This document shows positions 1-7,964 of a DNA stretch of 64,000 nt, one piece after another. Position numbers and translations under genes: made by a program. Origin of the DNA: Anaerolineales bacterium (GTDB taxonomy: Bacteria; Chloroflexota; Anaerolineae; Anaerolineales; UBA4823); the NCBI GenBank assembly GCA_025057645.1, contig JANXBJ010000011.1:24028-88027 (forward strand), read 5' to 3'. Positions within the stretch are counted from its first letter, which is position 1. The number at the start of each line of letters is the position of its first letter. The notes below the pieces were generated by a model that made no database searches, was not told the origin of the DNA, and saw only the letters and a program-made list of their open reading frames with translations.

Positions 1-888
1 AAAATTGAGGCAGAGGCTCGTCAAGCTGTCTTGGCGGTAGAGGGTGTTCAGGAGGTGCAGATTGAGATGACCTCTAACGTTCCTAATGACGGCCGAGTGC
101 GCAGCTTGCTTGACTTGCCAATTCGGAATGCCATTGCGGTAGGCTCTGGTAAAGGAGGGGTGGGGAAGAGCACGATTGCTGTCAATTTAGCAGTCTGTCT
201 GGCTCAGCGTGGCGCTAGAGTGGGCTTATTAGATGCGGATATTTACGGGCCAAATGTCCCTACGATGATGGGTGTAAATCGGCTTCCTCCTCAGCGGGGA
301 GGGAAGATCCAACCGGCAGAAGCCTACAAGGTCAAGCTCATGTCGATCGGCTTTTTGGTGCGGGCCGATCAACCACTGATCTGGCGCGGCCCGATGTTGC
401 ACTCCGCTATTCGTCAGTTTTTGAGTGATGTAGACTGGGGAGAGTTGGACTATCTCGTAGTTGATTTGCCGCCGGGCACAGGGGATGCGGCACTAAGTCT
501 CTCTCAATCCTTGCCGCTCAGCGGAGGCCTGATCGTCACTCTGCCACAACAAGTTTCCTTAGAGGATGCTCGTCGCGGGATTGAGATGTTTCGGCAGTTA
601 GAGGTGCCTGTTTTGGGGGTGATCGAAAACATGAGTTACCTCGAGCTTCCCGATGGCACTAGGATTGATGTCTTCGGTTCTGGTGGGGGCAAGGTGCTCG
701 CAGATCAGGCCGCAGTACCGTTTATCGGCGCCGTCCCGATTGACCCCCAAGTTAGAATTAGTGGTGACAATGGTGTTCCGGTAGTCATTGCCCACCCCGA
801 CTCGGTAGTGGCCAAAACGTTGATTCGGATTAGTGAAGAGATAGCAGCAAAGATTAGCGTAGCAGCTCTGAGAGGAACGGTGGCCTAA
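1..888 (+). CDS. Mrp/ApbC (NBP35) family Fe-S cluster carrier ATPase, 5'-truncated by the window edge
   Basis: The frame is open from nt 1. Deviant Walker A 'GSGKGGVGKSTIAVNLA', 'DADIYGPN' and 'DYLVVDLPPGTGD' are typical of the Mrp/MinD-type family. Confidence 0.85.
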   Translation, partial: KIEAEARQAVLAVEGVQEVQIEMTSNVPNDGRVRSLLDLPIRNAIAVGSGKGGVGKSTIAVNLAVCLAQRGARVGLLDADIYGPNVPTMMGVNRLPPQRGGKIQPAEAYKVKLMSIGFLVRADQPLIWRGPMLHSAIRQFLSDVDWGELDYLVVDLPPGTGDAALSLSQSLPLSGGLIVTLPQQVSLEDARRGIEMFRQLEVPVLGVIENMSYLELPDGTRIDVFGSGGGKVLADQAAVPFIGAVPIDPQVRISGDNGVPVVIAHPDSVVAKTLIRISEEIAAKISVAALRGTVA

Positions 889-912
889 TCTTTCTTGAGG
901 TTTGGTTAGAAA

Positions 913-1818
913 ATGGACATCTCGAGCCAACCGAAGATCGTTGGTATTCGCTTTCACAAGGTCGGAAAGGTTTATCACTTTGATGCAAGTACCTGTCCGG
1001 AGATCCAAGTTGGAGATTTTGCCGTGGTGGAGACCAGCCGGGGAAGGCAAGTGGGACAGGTGGTTACCTACATCTCCGATCCGCCCCTACCCCCCGAAGG
1101 GGTCTGGAAGACCGTTCAGCGCAAGGCTACTCCCAGAGATTTGGTTTTACGTCAGCTTTACATCCGCAAAGAGCATGAGGTTGTCGTTCAATGTCGCGAG
1201 AAAGCCAAGGAGTTGGGCTATCAGGGCTTGAAAATTGCGGGGGCGGAATTTAGCTTTGATGGCGACAAACTGACGATTTTTTACAGCAGTGAGGGAGAGG
1301 GCAAAGTTGACTTGAAGCGCCTGCGCAACGCCGTGCAACGCTTATATCCAAAAGTGAATATCGAATGGCGTCAGATAGGACCGCGGGACGTTGCCAAACT
1401 GATGGGAGGGCTGGGGGCCTGCGGGCTTGAAAACCGCTGTTGCTCTCAGTTTCTAACAGAGTTCAGTCCGATCTCGATCAAAATGGCAAAAGAGCAGGGG
1501 ATATCCCTGACGCCAGCCGAGATCACCGGGATGTGCGGCCGCTTGCGCTGTTGTTTGATTTACGAATACGAGCAATATGTGGAGGCGCGCAAGCAGTTGC
1601 CTAAAAAGGGCAAACGAGTTGTCACTCCACAGGGTGAAGGGAAGGTAATAGACGTCTATCCTCTCAAGTTGGCCGTGGTGGTGGAGTTTGCGAGCGGGGT
1701 TCAGCAGGAATACCCGGTTAGCCAAATCCAACCTTGGGAGGAGCTGGAGGCCTTGAAGAGAAAAGCCCAATCACCTTGTGAATCGGGGAAGAATGGCGGC
1801 TGTAGTTGTGGGAAATGA
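913..1818 (+). CDS. PSP1 C-terminal domain protein (YaaT/RicT-like)
   Basis: N-terminus 'VGIRFHKVGKVYHFD' and Cys-rich 'ACGLENRCCSQFL...MCGRLRCCLIYE' match the PSP1/YaaT pattern. Confidence 0.75.
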   Translation: MDISSQPKIVGIRFHKVGKVYHFDASTCPEIQVGDFAVVETSRGRQVGQVVTYISDPPLPPEGVWKTVQRKATPRDLVLRQLYIRKEHEVVVQCREKAKELGYQGLKIAGAEFSFDGDKLTIFYSSEGEGKVDLKRLRNAVQRLYPKVNIEWRQIGPRDVAKLMGGLGACGLENRCCSQFLTEFSPISIKMAKEQGISLTPAEITGMCGRLRCCLIYEYEQYVEARKQLPKKGKRVVTPQGEGKVIDVYPLKLAVVVEFASGVQQEYPVSQIQPWEELEALKRKAQSPCESGKNGGCSCGK

Positions 1819-2576
1819 GCGCTGAGCATCAACGGCAAGAAGTGAGGGAATTGCTTCAACCTGAGGGCTGGGACGCACCGCAGCGTATCTTAGTGGTTTT
1901 AGCTCACCCCGATGACCCGGAATTTTTCTGCGGAGCGACCCTTGCACGGTGGATTGATGCGGGTCATTTAGTCTCCTACTGTCTGCTCACTTGCGGTGAC
2001 AAGGGAACACACGACCGTCAGATGAGCGCAGAAAAGTTGTGCCGCATTCGTCACGAAGAGCAAGAGCGGGCTGCGGACTTTTTGGGGGTGAGCAAGGTGC
2101 GCTTTTTAGATTTTCCAGATGGCTACTTGGTGGCTGATTTGAAGTTACGCAAAGCGATTACTCGGGTGATTCGCGAGGAAAGGCCAGATGTGGTGCTAAC
2201 CTGTGACCCCCAGTTGCTCTTCGTGGGGGACGAAAGAATTAATCATCCGGATCACCGCGCAGCCGGTCAAGCTTGTATTGATGCCGTTTTCCCAGCTGCG
2301 CGGGCTCACCTTTATTTCCCTGAATTGTTAGAAGAGGGGCTTGAGCCGCATACGGTGCGCGAGCTATGGGTGAGCTTGCCCGTTGAGCCAAATGTCTTTC
2401 TAGATGTGACTCCCCTCTGGGAGCGAAAAATCGAGGCTATTCTCTGTCATAAGAGTCAAATTGTGGATGAAATGGCGTTGAGAGAAAGGATGAAGAATCG
2501 TCTGGCCAGAGGTAGCACTCCAGAACACCCTCGTTATGAAGAAGCTTTTCGCCGCATCTACTTAAGTCAGCGCTAA
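1815..2576 (+). CDS. PIG-L/LmbE family deacetylase
   Basis: 'VLAHPDDPEF' and 'HPDH' metal-binding motifs. The ATG at 1815 overlaps the upstream stop (ATGA). Confidence 0.8.
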   Translation: MSAEHQRQEVRELLQPEGWDAPQRILVVLAHPDDPEFFCGATLARWIDAGHLVSYCLLTCGDKGTHDRQMSAEKLCRIRHEEQERAADFLGVSKVRFLDFPDGYLVADLKLRKAITRVIREERPDVVLTCDPQLLFVGDERINHPDHRAAGQACIDAVFPAARAHLYFPELLEEGLEPHTVRELWVSLPVEPNVFLDVTPLWERKIEAILCHKSQIVDEMALRERMKNRLARGSTPEHPRYEEAFRRIYLSQR

Positions 2577-2701
2577 CGAGAGGGAGTAAGGATGATCCGA
2601 AAAGAGCCTAACGCATGAGAGGGTATTTCTGGGGACAGAGCTGTAGAGGTCTTTCCGGTTTCGTCGAAAAGCTCAGTGAGAGGTCAATGTGGGCGTATTA
2701 G

Positions 2702-4552
2702 ATGAGTGAGGAGCTGAACCTTATGGAGACTCAAGTAAGGGTAGAGCAGCAAGCCGTTATCACCGAGAAAATCGTCAACGATTTTTCGATCACGGTTGCA
2801 ACTGTCAATGGATCGGGTTCTCAAACCTCGAACGCTGCAATTTTGCGGGCTATCTTCAAGATGGGCATCCCTGTTTCGGGCAAGAATATCTTTCCCTCTA
2901 ACATTCAAGGCTTACCGACTTGGTATACCATTCGAGTGAACAAGGATGGGTTTGTAGCCCGAAAAGAGGAAGCGGACATCCTGATCGCCATGAACCCGGC
3001 CACTTTTAGCAAAGATTTGGCTTCGCTTAAGCCAGGGGGGGCCTTTTTCTACGCCGATGACATCCGCCTTCCCATCCCGCGGGACGATGTGGTGGTCTAC
3101 CCCATGCCGGTAAAGCAATTGATCCGCCAAGTGGAGATCCCCTCTTATCTAAGGGACTATGTGGCCAACATGGTGTATGTGGGGGTTTTAGCTCAAATGA
3201 TCGGCATTGAGCTCGAGAAGATTCGCCAGGCTCTCGAGTTCCACTTCAAGGGCAAGGCCAAGCCCGTGGAAATTAACTTTAGTGTGGTCTCACTGGCGGC
3301 GGAGTGGGCAAGGGAAAATCTTGAAAAAAGGGATCCTTACGTTTTAGAGCCAATGAAGGCCACAGAGGGGCTGATTCTTACTGACGGAAACACTGCTGCT
3401 GCTTTGGGAGCAATTTACGGGGGTGTCCAATTCGTTTCCTGGTACCCCATCACTCCCGCTACAAGTTTGGCCGAAAATTTGCAGCAGTATCTCCCCAAAT
3501 TGCGCAAGGACCCTGAGACAGGTAAAAACACCTTCGTGGTGGTTCAAGCGGAAGACGAGTCGGCAGCGATCGGGATGGCAGTTGGCGCGGGTTGGGGTGG
3601 TCTAAGAGCCATGAGCTCAACCTCGGGACCGGGCTTAAGCTTGATGACCGAGTACCTAGGTCTTGCTTATTTCGCGGAAGTGCCGGTGGTTGTGTGGGAT
3701 ATTCAGCGCGTTGGACCGAGCACAGGGCTGCCTACCCGCACAGCGCAGGGGGACTTGACCTTTGTCGCCTTTATGGGTCACGGGGATACCCAAAATATCA
3801 TTCTTATGCCCGGTTCCATCAATGAGTGTTTTGAATTTGCTTGGAAGGCCTTTGACCTGGCCGAACAGTTCCAAACCCCAGTGGTCGTGCTCTCCGACCT
3901 GGACTTTGGGATGAATCAGTGGATGGGTAAACCTTTTGAATACCCTGATAAGCCCATGAATCGTGGTAAGGTACTTTGGGAAGAAGATTTGGAGAAACTG
4001 GACGGCAAGTGGGCAAGGTATTTGGATGTTGACGGGGATGGCATTCCTTATCGCACCGTGATCGGAAACCGCCATCCGAGGGCGGCCTACTTCACTCGGG
4101 GAACAGGGCACGATGAATATGCCAATTACTCCGAAGACCCCCACCACTGGCATGCCCTGCTCAACCGCCTAAAGAAAAAATTTGAGACCCTAAAGCCATT
4201 CTTACCTCCACCCGTGGTGGAAACCATGGACGGTTCTAGGATTAATCTGGTGGCCTTTGGTTCGACTGAACCGGCGATCCAAGAGGCCAGAGCGCTCTTG
4301 CGGGCGCAGGGCATAGCTAGCGATTTTACGCGCATTCGGTCCTACCCGTTTACAGATCAGGTGAGCCAAATTTGCTCGGGCTATGATCGCAATTACGTCA
4401 TCGAGCTGAACCGAGATGGGCAGTTGCATCAGCTTCTGCGTATGCATTTCCCGGAGCTAGCGCCTAAATTAATCTCCTATGCCTATACGGATGGGTTACC
4501 TCTAACTGCGAAACAAGTCTATGAGTTTATTCTCTCAAAGGAGGGAGGATGA
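2702..4552 (+). CDS. korA: 2-oxoacid:ferredoxin oxidoreductase, alpha subunit
   Basis: 616 aa with a fused gamma/alpha layout ('GSGSQTSN', 'YPITPAT'). Immediately followed by an overlapping beta subunit gene. Confidence 0.85.
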   Translation: MSEELNLMETQVRVEQQAVITEKIVNDFSITVATVNGSGSQTSNAAILRAIFKMGIPVSGKNIFPSNIQGLPTWYTIRVNKDGFVARKEEADILIAMNPATFSKDLASLKPGGAFFYADDIRLPIPRDDVVVYPMPVKQLIRQVEIPSYLRDYVANMVYVGVLAQMIGIELEKIRQALEFHFKGKAKPVEINFSVVSLAAEWARENLEKRDPYVLEPMKATEGLILTDGNTAAALGAIYGGVQFVSWYPITPATSLAENLQQYLPKLRKDPETGKNTFVVVQAEDESAAIGMAVGAGWGGLRAMSSTSGPGLSLMTEYLGLAYFAEVPVVVWDIQRVGPSTGLPTRTAQGDLTFVAFMGHGDTQNIILMPGSINECFEFAWKAFDLAEQFQTPVVVLSDLDFGMNQWMGKPFEYPDKPMNRGKVLWEEDLEKLDGKWARYLDVDGDGIPYRTVIGNRHPRAAYFTRGTGHDEYANYSEDPHHWHALLNRLKKKFETLKPFLPPPVVETMDGSRINLVAFGSTEPAIQEARALLRAQGIASDFTRIRSYPFTDQVSQICSGYDRNYVIELNRDGQLHQLLRMHFPELAPKLISYAYTDGLPLTAKQVYEFILSKEGG

Positions 4553-5601
4553 GCGAGACAACAGCCTCCACAAACGTCAAGGTCGTGGTTAATGCAATCG
4601 GACTTACCAAAGCGGATTATCGCGGCAATCCTTCCACTCTTTGCCAAGGGTGCGGCCATAATTCGATTTCGAGTCAGATTATCGCAGCCTGTTACGAGTT
4701 GAACCTCTACCCTGAGGAGATTGTCAAGTTCAGCGGGATCGGATGTTCGAGCAAGAGCCCCTTTTATTTCCTCAGCCGGTCTTTTGGGTTCAATGGGTTG
4801 CACGGGCGGATGCCTTCTCTAGCCACTGGAGCTCTATTTGCCGACCATACGTTGCGTGGAATCGGGGTAAGCGGTGATGGTGACACGGCAAGCATTGGGA
4901 TGGGGCAGTTCAAGCACTTGCTGCGACGCAATATGCGTCTGGTGTACATTGTGGAAAATAACGGCGTATATGGTTTGACAAAGGGTCAATTTTCTGCAAC
5001 CGCCGATCGGGGTCTAGAGCTTAAGTCGCATGGCATTAATCCTTACATGCCGATCGACATCGCTTGGGAGGCACTGGTCGGACATGCAACCTTTGTGGCT
5101 CGCTCCTTTGCGGGTGATCCGAAGCAGGTAAAAGAGCTGATCAAAGCAGCGTTGAATCATAATGGAGTAGCAGTTCTGGATATCATTTCGCCCTGTGTAA
5201 CTTTTAACAATGTGGATCACTCCACCCACTCTTACGCATGGGGCAAGGATCACGAGACTGCCCTGCACGAGTTATCCTATGTTCCCAAAGCCGAAGAGAT
5301 TCTACTCGAATACGATGAGGGGGAGACACGCGAAGTACAATTGCACGATGGCTCGGTGATTATCCTCAAGAAACTAGGTCGGGACTACGACCCTACTAAC
5401 CGCGAGGCGGCTATTAAGGTGTTGGAAGAAGCGAATAGCTGTCAGTGTCTGATCACCGGCTTAATCTACATTGATCCCGATCAACCCTCGATGCTGGATA
5501 TCTACCAGTTAACGGAGACTCCATTGAATCGCTTGCGTGAAGATCAACTCCGACCACCTAAAGAGACGCTAGAAAGTCTCAATCGGATGTTTCAAGCCTG
5601 A
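4549..5601 (+). CDS. korB: 2-oxoacid:ferredoxin oxidoreductase, beta (TPP-binding) subunit
   Basis: 'CQGCGHNS' and 'GDGD' TPP motif. SD AGGAGG upstream; ATGA overlap with korA. Confidence 0.85.
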   Translation: MSETTASTNVKVVVNAIGLTKADYRGNPSTLCQGCGHNSISSQIIAACYELNLYPEEIVKFSGIGCSSKSPFYFLSRSFGFNGLHGRMPSLATGALFADHTLRGIGVSGDGDTASIGMGQFKHLLRRNMRLVYIVENNGVYGLTKGQFSATADRGLELKSHGINPYMPIDIAWEALVGHATFVARSFAGDPKQVKELIKAALNHNGVAVLDIISPCVTFNNVDHSTHSYAWGKDHETALHELSYVPKAEEILLEYDEGETREVQLHDGSVIILKKLGRDYDPTNREAAIKVLEEANSCQCLITGLIYIDPDQPSMLDIYQLTETPLNRLREDQLRPPKETLESLNRMFQA

Positions 5602-6491
5602 CGGACCTTGTGCCAGTAGCGGTAGAGCCCGGAGGCGCTCATCCATGTAGGGTTGAGATATGTAAAATAGGGTTGGTAGGCTTGAGGGAGTTGGTTGCGA
5701 CCTTGTTGGTCGAGCCAATGCCTCAGTGCCTCGGTTAGTTCTTCAAGCGAGGGGTTAGAGAGCATTTGCTGTTCCAACCATTCCTCGAGCAGGTCAAGCT
5801 TTATGAGCAACTGATTGAGGTGGTACTCTACGTCGGAATATACGCCAAAATGCGTGGGAGCGATTGCGCAAAGCTCTAGTTCCTGAAGGCGCCTAAGACT
5901 GGCGCGCCATTTGAGGGGGTCGAATTCAGGAGGAGGGGTGGGAAGCTCGATATGTTTCGTGTCCCCGATGCGAATGCCGCCAATGTCTCCCGCAAAGAGC
6001 GTCCCTTCGAAGAGAACCGTGTAGTGATGGTTAGCGTGTCCGGGGGTGTCGAGGACTTGGAACTTGTGACCATCGATGGAGAGGATTTCGTTGTCTTCTG
6101 GTATATGAAGATGGTCCTCCGGTACCGGTTTGATTTCTCCCCAGAGGGTATCCATAAGTTCACCGTAGATGCGGGAGGCGCTTTGGATCAGTTTTTCGGG
6201 GTTAACCAGATGGGGTGCACCCTTGGGGTGAACGTGGATAGTAGCACCTTGCCGGGCAAGCCATCCGACAGAGCCGGCATGATCGAGATGAATGTGCGTA
6301 ATGAAGACATCTTTCACGTCGGAAAGACTGATTCCGCAATCGGTGAGCGCTTTTTGTAGAGCTGGGATGGTTGTAGAAGGGCCTGGCTCAATTAGCACTG
6401 CTTGGTGAGGTAGGCGTATAAGGTAAGAGGCAATAGCTCCCGGATACCCAAAGAAATTGAGATCAATGGTGATAATTTGGGGAGAGGACAT
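5592..6491 (-). CDS. MBL-fold metallo-hydrolase
   Basis: 'THIHLDHAG' (HxHxDH). I prefer the start at 6491 (MSSPQII...), which has GGAG 8 nt upstream, over the longest ORF start at 6515. Confidence 0.75.
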   Translation of the reverse strand: MSSPQIITIDLNFFGYPGAIASYLIRLPHQAVLIEPGPSTTIPALQKALTDCGISLSDVKDVFITHIHLDHAGSVGWLARQGATIHVHPKGAPHLVNPEKLIQSASRIYGELMDTLWGEIKPVPEDHLHIPEDNEILSIDGHKFQVLDTPGHANHHYTVLFEGTLFAGDIGGIRIGDTKHIELPTPPPEFDPLKWRASLRRLQELELCAIAPTHFGVYSDVEYHLNQLLIKLDLLEEWLEQQMLSNPSLEELTEALRHWLDQQGRNQLPQAYQPYFTYLNPTWMSASGLYRYWHKVRQA

Positions 6492-6587
6492 CAGATCGCT
6501 CCGAATGCTTATCATCTTGAGATTTTGTTATCAAACCCCAATATATTGGGAAGTAGTGTTGGTTATCCCCATATATAGGGCTGATGC

Positions 6588-6616
6588 TTGACATTCCCTA
6601 TCATTTGTGGTAAAAT
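6588..6616 (+). promoter_or_regulatory. Sigma-70-type promoter with extended -10, upstream of the small peptide ORF
   Basis: TTGACA (6588-6593), a 17-nt spacer, then TGgTAAAAT with the -10 hexamer at 6611-6616. It lies in an AT-rich intergenic region. An AGGAGG SD precedes the ATG at 6669. Confidence 0.55.
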
Positions 6617-6668
6617 GGAGTAGATTATTCTACAATAATTATAATCCCTTTACTAGGAGGAAGGTAAA

Positions 6669-6884
6669 ATGACACTCGCCCAAGTTGTCTACCAGCTTTC
6701 TACTGACTCCGAGTTTGCTGCTCGGATGCGAACCGATCCGGAAGGCGCCTTGGCCGAAAAGGGACTCCAGCTTAGTAACGAAGAGAAGGCGTTCCTTGCC
6801 TATGGACTGCGGCGTTCTCTTCACGCCGATGGAAGCCCGGTTTCCATCCAAGAAGTTGCCTCCCTATATCTCGGATGGCGCTAA
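6669..6884 (+). CDS. 71-aa peptide, candidate pheromone/RiPP-like precursor (C-terminus ...ASLYLGWR)
   Basis: Strong SD (taggaggaaggtaaaATG) and promoter. The stop overlaps the downstream gene's ATG by 10 nt. The N-terminus 'DSEFAARMRTDPEGALAEKGLQLSNEE' is leader-like. Confidence 0.5.
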   Translation: MTLAQVVYQLSTDSEFAARMRTDPEGALAEKGLQLSNEEKAFLAYGLRRSLHADGSPVSIQEVASLYLGWR

Positions 6885-7918
6885 GCGAGATTGAGTCGCT
6901 TGCCGCCCGAGAAGTTGGCTTAATTTTTCAAGCGGTCCGTTCTTTTCTGAAAAAGTCTTCCATATCGCACAAATATAAAGATGCGCTATGGAAGACTTTT
7001 ATATCTCTCTCCCCGAGTCCGGGTAAGTTATCAAGGGGAAATTTTACGCTTCTTTTACCTCGTCTCTCTTATCAGGCTTGTGGAGGAGAGGGCGAGTTTG
7101 TATCGAAAATCAGCGCCGCCTGGTATTTATTTTACCTGGCAGCCGATATGATGGACAGCATTCAAGATCAGGAGAATAGGGATGAGGGAAGCATAATATC
7201 GGTCGCAGAGGGCCTCAATCTTGCTTCGGGATTTTTCTTTATCGCCAATGCCTTACTAACCGAAGTGCTGAAGACAAAAAACGACTTCCCTGCCCTCTAC
7301 GATGTGATTGGGGCGTTTCACACCCGACTGCTAGAAATGTGCGACGGACAACAACAGGATTTGTGTGCGAAGGAACTTTCACTAGAGGGTTACCTTGATA
7401 TGTTGCGCAAGAAATCCGGCGCATTTTTCTCGCTGGCTTGTTATATCGGGGCAAGGATGGCTTGTGGGAGGCCGGATTGGTGGAAACGTTTCTCGGATTT
7501 CGGTTCTCACTTGGGTGTTGTGATTCAAATCCTGGATGATTTGGAGGATTGGTATAAGTTGCAGGAACTGCAAAACAATGCACAGTCTGTTCTTCCCAAA
7601 ATGGACTGGTATAAAAACTTACCTGCTGTTTATGCGCTCGAAGTTTTACCCAGTAAGGAAAGAAGGGATTTTAGAAGAGCAATTGATAAGGTCGGAAAAG
7701 AGACAAGCGCAGTAAGCGATTACATTGGGTGGGTCAATCGCTCTGGTGCTGCGCTTTTCATCCTCGCATTGATCGGCCGCGAAGTCGGCTATGCAAAGGA
7801 GGCCTTAAGCGAAGAAGCCCTCGTTGCTCAGCCCAAGGAAGACTTGATTCGCATTCTGGAGCTGTTGGTGGGGAAATTGGGAGCTTGTTCAAACGACCCA
7901 ACTCAGCGCGCTCAGTAA
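6875..7918 (+). CDS. Polyprenyl-synthase-fold (isoprenoid synthase superfamily) protein, ComQ-like candidate
   Basis: 'GQQQDL' (GQxxDL), 'KKSGAFF' (KTAxL-like) and 'VIQILDDLED' (second Asp-rich DDxxD) are present. The first Asp-rich motif is atypical ('DMMDSIQD'). Confidence 0.7.
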   Translation: MALSEIESLAAREVGLIFQAVRSFLKKSSISHKYKDALWKTFISLSPSPGKLSRGNFTLLLPRLSYQACGGEGEFVSKISAAWYLFYLAADMMDSIQDQENRDEGSIISVAEGLNLASGFFFIANALLTEVLKTKNDFPALYDVIGAFHTRLLEMCDGQQQDLCAKELSLEGYLDMLRKKSGAFFSLACYIGARMACGRPDWWKRFSDFGSHLGVVIQILDDLEDWYKLQELQNNAQSVLPKMDWYKNLPAVYALEVLPSKERRDFRRAIDKVGKETSAVSDYIGWVNRSGAALFILALIGREVGYAKEALSEEALVAQPKEDLIRILELLVGKLGACSNDPTQRAQ

Positions 7919-7964
7919 AGACGGCACGTTTATTGCTCCCCGCTGGGTAGCTTAGCAAGCTAGG

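Noticed and set aside
3656-4153. 165-aa minus-strand ORF, plus several 60-80-aa ORFs, inside korA
   Set aside because: They are shadow ORFs antisense to a strongly supported korA frame, with no SD or motifs.
6685-6894. Alternative 69-aa frame overlapping the candidate peptide ORF
   Set aside because: It has no SD, a Pro/Ser/Leu/Arg-rich composition, and would not be coupled to the downstream ATG. The 6669 frame has a strong SD and a plausible helical sequence.
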